A stretch of 9,460 bases of DNA from Bugula neritina (lineage: Eukaryota > Animalia > Bryozoa), in contig CAXIUT010000079.1 of NCBI GenBank assembly GCA_964035545.1, positions 1-9,460 on the forward strand, written 5' to 3'. Positions 7,528-9,460 of this stretch are shown piece after piece. Both the position numbers and the translations under genes were made by a program. The notes below the pieces were generated by a model. That model had not been told where the DNA came from. It worked only from the letters and a program-made list of their open reading frames with translations, and did not search any database. The stretch's first letter is position 1. The number at the start of each line of letters is the position of its first letter.

Positions 7528-9320
7528 TCACATATAATAACGCTGGTAATATCCTCGATTACCCTCTAAAGGTTAAAATTATTGAATCGGTCTCATAGAT
7601 TCCTGACTTTTAACTCTATTAAGTAAAGCAGCTGCTTTTTATCTGATTTTCTTTTTCTTTTAAGCACGATTATTACGTTCTTGCTAGACTTGATCTTCTC
7701 CTTAATTAAACTTGTTTTTGTTGACTTTAACATTTACTCTATGTTATTCTTTTTTCTCTTCAAGATTATTGATATTAATATTGATAGAAGTCATTCTATT
7801 TTGAGGAGAAACACTTGGATTTTGATATCTAGTCCTACTATAAGGAGCAGTAGGTTCTCCTTTTACTTAAAAATTTCTAAGAGTTGAAGGTTTAGACTTC
7901 TCATTATATTCTCTTTCAGTATTTACTTTAGAATTAGACCGATATTATTCATTATTCAAAATAGATGAATATTTAGTTTTCGGAGAATTGGGTATCCAAG
8001 GTTTTCTTGGATAATTAATCTCTTCTCGACTCGAATAACTCTGAATTTGATTTCTCTGAAATTCTTAAGCTTAACTTTCAATATTTTAATAGTATCTAGG
8101 CATCCCTCTTGGCGAGTCTTCTTTCTAATCTTCAGCTATCATAAACTAATTAGGAATAGGAAAATGATTATGTTCTATTTCATACTGGTAAATAGAAGAT
8201 TGTTTATTGTAAGGTTGTTTATTGGGTTGTTGAAGTGGATGTTCTGAATATCTTGGCGACATCATAGATTTCTTTTTAAAATGATCTTTATTGATAACAT
8301 GATTGTTCTGAGAAGTTTTATAAGATTGATCTTCAAGAGCTGTAATAGTTATACTTGAAGTCATTGGCTTCTTTTCTATTAGTTATTTTATTCTATGAGG
8401 TTGAATCTGATATTTATTGCTTTTAGATGATAGTTATCTTCGAATAGTTGACTGCTTAGGAGTATTGCTTTGTCTGTTTTCTTTATCCAATATCTTTTGA
8501 TACTTTTTCATGACTTATTCTTGATCAAATTAATCAAAATCTATAAGTAAATAGTTGATTTATTCTTATTTTTGTTAGCGCTATAAATTAAACTCACATG
8601 AGATCTCTTTTGAAAACTTTGTTATTTTCGATAGAAAAATAGAATTTTGAATCAGAGTATTTTCCTATTCCTCATTTTAATCAAAAATATTATGTACCTC
8701 AGGCTCCTCTTCTTTCCATAAAGAAAAATCTAATTGAATATTCGAATTTTAATCAAGAGATTTTCTTTAGAGCTCACTAGAATCAATTGATTTTAAAAAT
8801 TTTGAACTATTTATTGAGATAACCTTTTAATCTGAAACACTATTAGATTAATCACTAGAACCTTCTTCAACAATCATCTTTTTGAGACGCTTTAGACGTT
8901 TTAAAAAGACAGATTTAGTTCTAGTTAGAATCATCAAAGGGTATTCATATCTCAGAATAACAGCATTTCCATAGAATTCTGAATATCAAGGATAATACAT
9001 GCGAGAAGGTTGATTCTATCAAATATTTCTTGTTTTCCAAGAGAATTAACAAGGAAATAATATCTTTTAAGGTACTAATTATTATCAGCATAGATGATAG
9101 TATCTTTGAAGTCAATAGTTGTGGTAGCCACAGTATGATTGAATACGATTTAATTGGTAGGTTTGGTCAAAAAGAAATTAAAATGAATGTCGTATTTTTG
9201 AGTTAGTCGTTGGTTTACTGACTGGGTTCAAAGATGAGTACTTGTAAGACAGTTGTATCTACTCATTAGATGTGATATCGTCAATTTGAATATATTGTAT
9301 TAATAGTTATCTATTTACAT
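7528..9320 (-). CDS. Ciliate-type hypothetical protein (~582 aa; exons 9320-9242, 9217-8999, 8978-7528) with a conserved-looking N-terminal domain and a long disordered tail
   Basis: Spliced N-terminus: M[E]IDNY[E]YNIFKLTISHLMSRYNCLTINQRLTQKYDIHFNFFLTKPTN[E]IVFN...IDFKDTIIYADNN[E]YLKRYY...DRINLLA[E]FY. It resembles an NF..K..NEI...FKD...EYLKRYY motif I recall from ciliate hypothetical proteins (unverified). The last exon is TGA-free for ~1450 nt up to TGA 7530-7528. The start codon and first intron are less certain. Confidence 0.8.
8979..8998 (-). other. Spliceosomal intron, 20 nt
   Basis: GTATTATCCTTGATATTCAG on the minus strand. Removing it joins two reading frames and creates a T|AA (Glu) codon in LLA[E]FY. 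Confidence 0.85.
9218..9241 (-). other. Probable spliceosomal intron, 24 nt (3n, with in-frame TGA)
   Basis: GTACTCATCTTTGAACCCAGTCAG on the minus strand removes the only in-frame TGA (9230-9228). An alternative AG at 9222 (20-nt intron) joins an upstream frame with no ATG. Confidence 0.65.
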
Positions 9321-9371
9321 TTACCAGTCATCATAACTTAAAAATAACTAATCATTACAAATCCATTCACA

Positions 9372-9460
9372 TTGGGGTTGGGGTTGGGGTTGGGGTTGGG
9401 GTTGGGGTTGGGGTTGGGGTTGGGGTTGGGGTTGGGGTTGGGGTTGGGGTTGGGGTTGGG
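9372..9460 (+). repeat. Right telomere, (TTGGGG)n
   Basis: Perfect TTGGGG repeats to the end of the window, in the opposite orientation to the left telomere. Confidence 0.98.

Noticed and set aside
433-8247. Most ORF-track entries (e.g. 433..657-, 1215..1421-, 1590..1817-, 2407..2766-, 2498..2731+, 2782..3072-, 2786..3055+, 3022..3237+, 5924..6133-, 5932..6213+, 6523..6792-, 6560..6922+, 6594..7028+, 6796..7161-, 7228..7443-, 7681..7887+, 8047..8247+)
   Set aside because: They are antisense or off-frame shadows of the real genes, produced with the wrong genetic code. Only 1234..1473, 2873..3130, 3350..3661, 6569..7183 and 8146..8364 are fragments of true frames.
1234-9320. Pseudogene interpretation of the many in-frame TAA/TAG codons, or the standard ciliate UAR=Gln code
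   Set aside because: Catalytic motifs are intact, every gene ends at TGA, and UAR sits at conserved Glu rather than Gln positions.
1-9460. CRISPR array, transposon, or linear virus/plasmid with terminal repeats
   Set aside because: The terminal repeats are simple telomeric hexamers without spacers. There is no transposase, integrase, polymerase or capsid gene, and the content is ordinary nuclear genes with spliceosomal introns.

Overview
This window is a complete telomere-to-telomere ciliate macronuclear minichromosome, with (CCCCAA)n at 1-69 and (TTGGGG)n at 9372-9460. The supplied standard-code ORF track is misleading. TAA and TAG occur in frame at conserved Glu positions (centrin EF-hand Glu12, MaoC D-P-E-F-A) and every gene ends in TGA. 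This is the UAR=Glu code (NCBI table 30, known from peritrich ciliates), so a peritrich-type oligohymenophorean is the inferred source. Re-translated by hand, the ~9.3 kb between the telomeres holds 9 tightly packed genes (~88% CDS span, gaps 50-247 nt): a coiled-coil protein, a centrin, a dual-specificity phosphatase, a secreted Pro/Thr + 40-Cys repeat protein, a DUF4485 (CEP112 N-terminal-like) protein, a minimal MaoC dehydratase, a Lys-rich hypothetical protein, RACK1 and a ciliate-type hypothetical protein. Introns are tiny (20-24 nt, GTA...YAG). The most striking unexplained element is a GC-rich, apparently bistable structured RNA just downstream of the RACK1 stop codon (6278-6418, minus strand) that matches no RNA class I recognise. 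All translations, folds and counts were done by eye; no database search was run.
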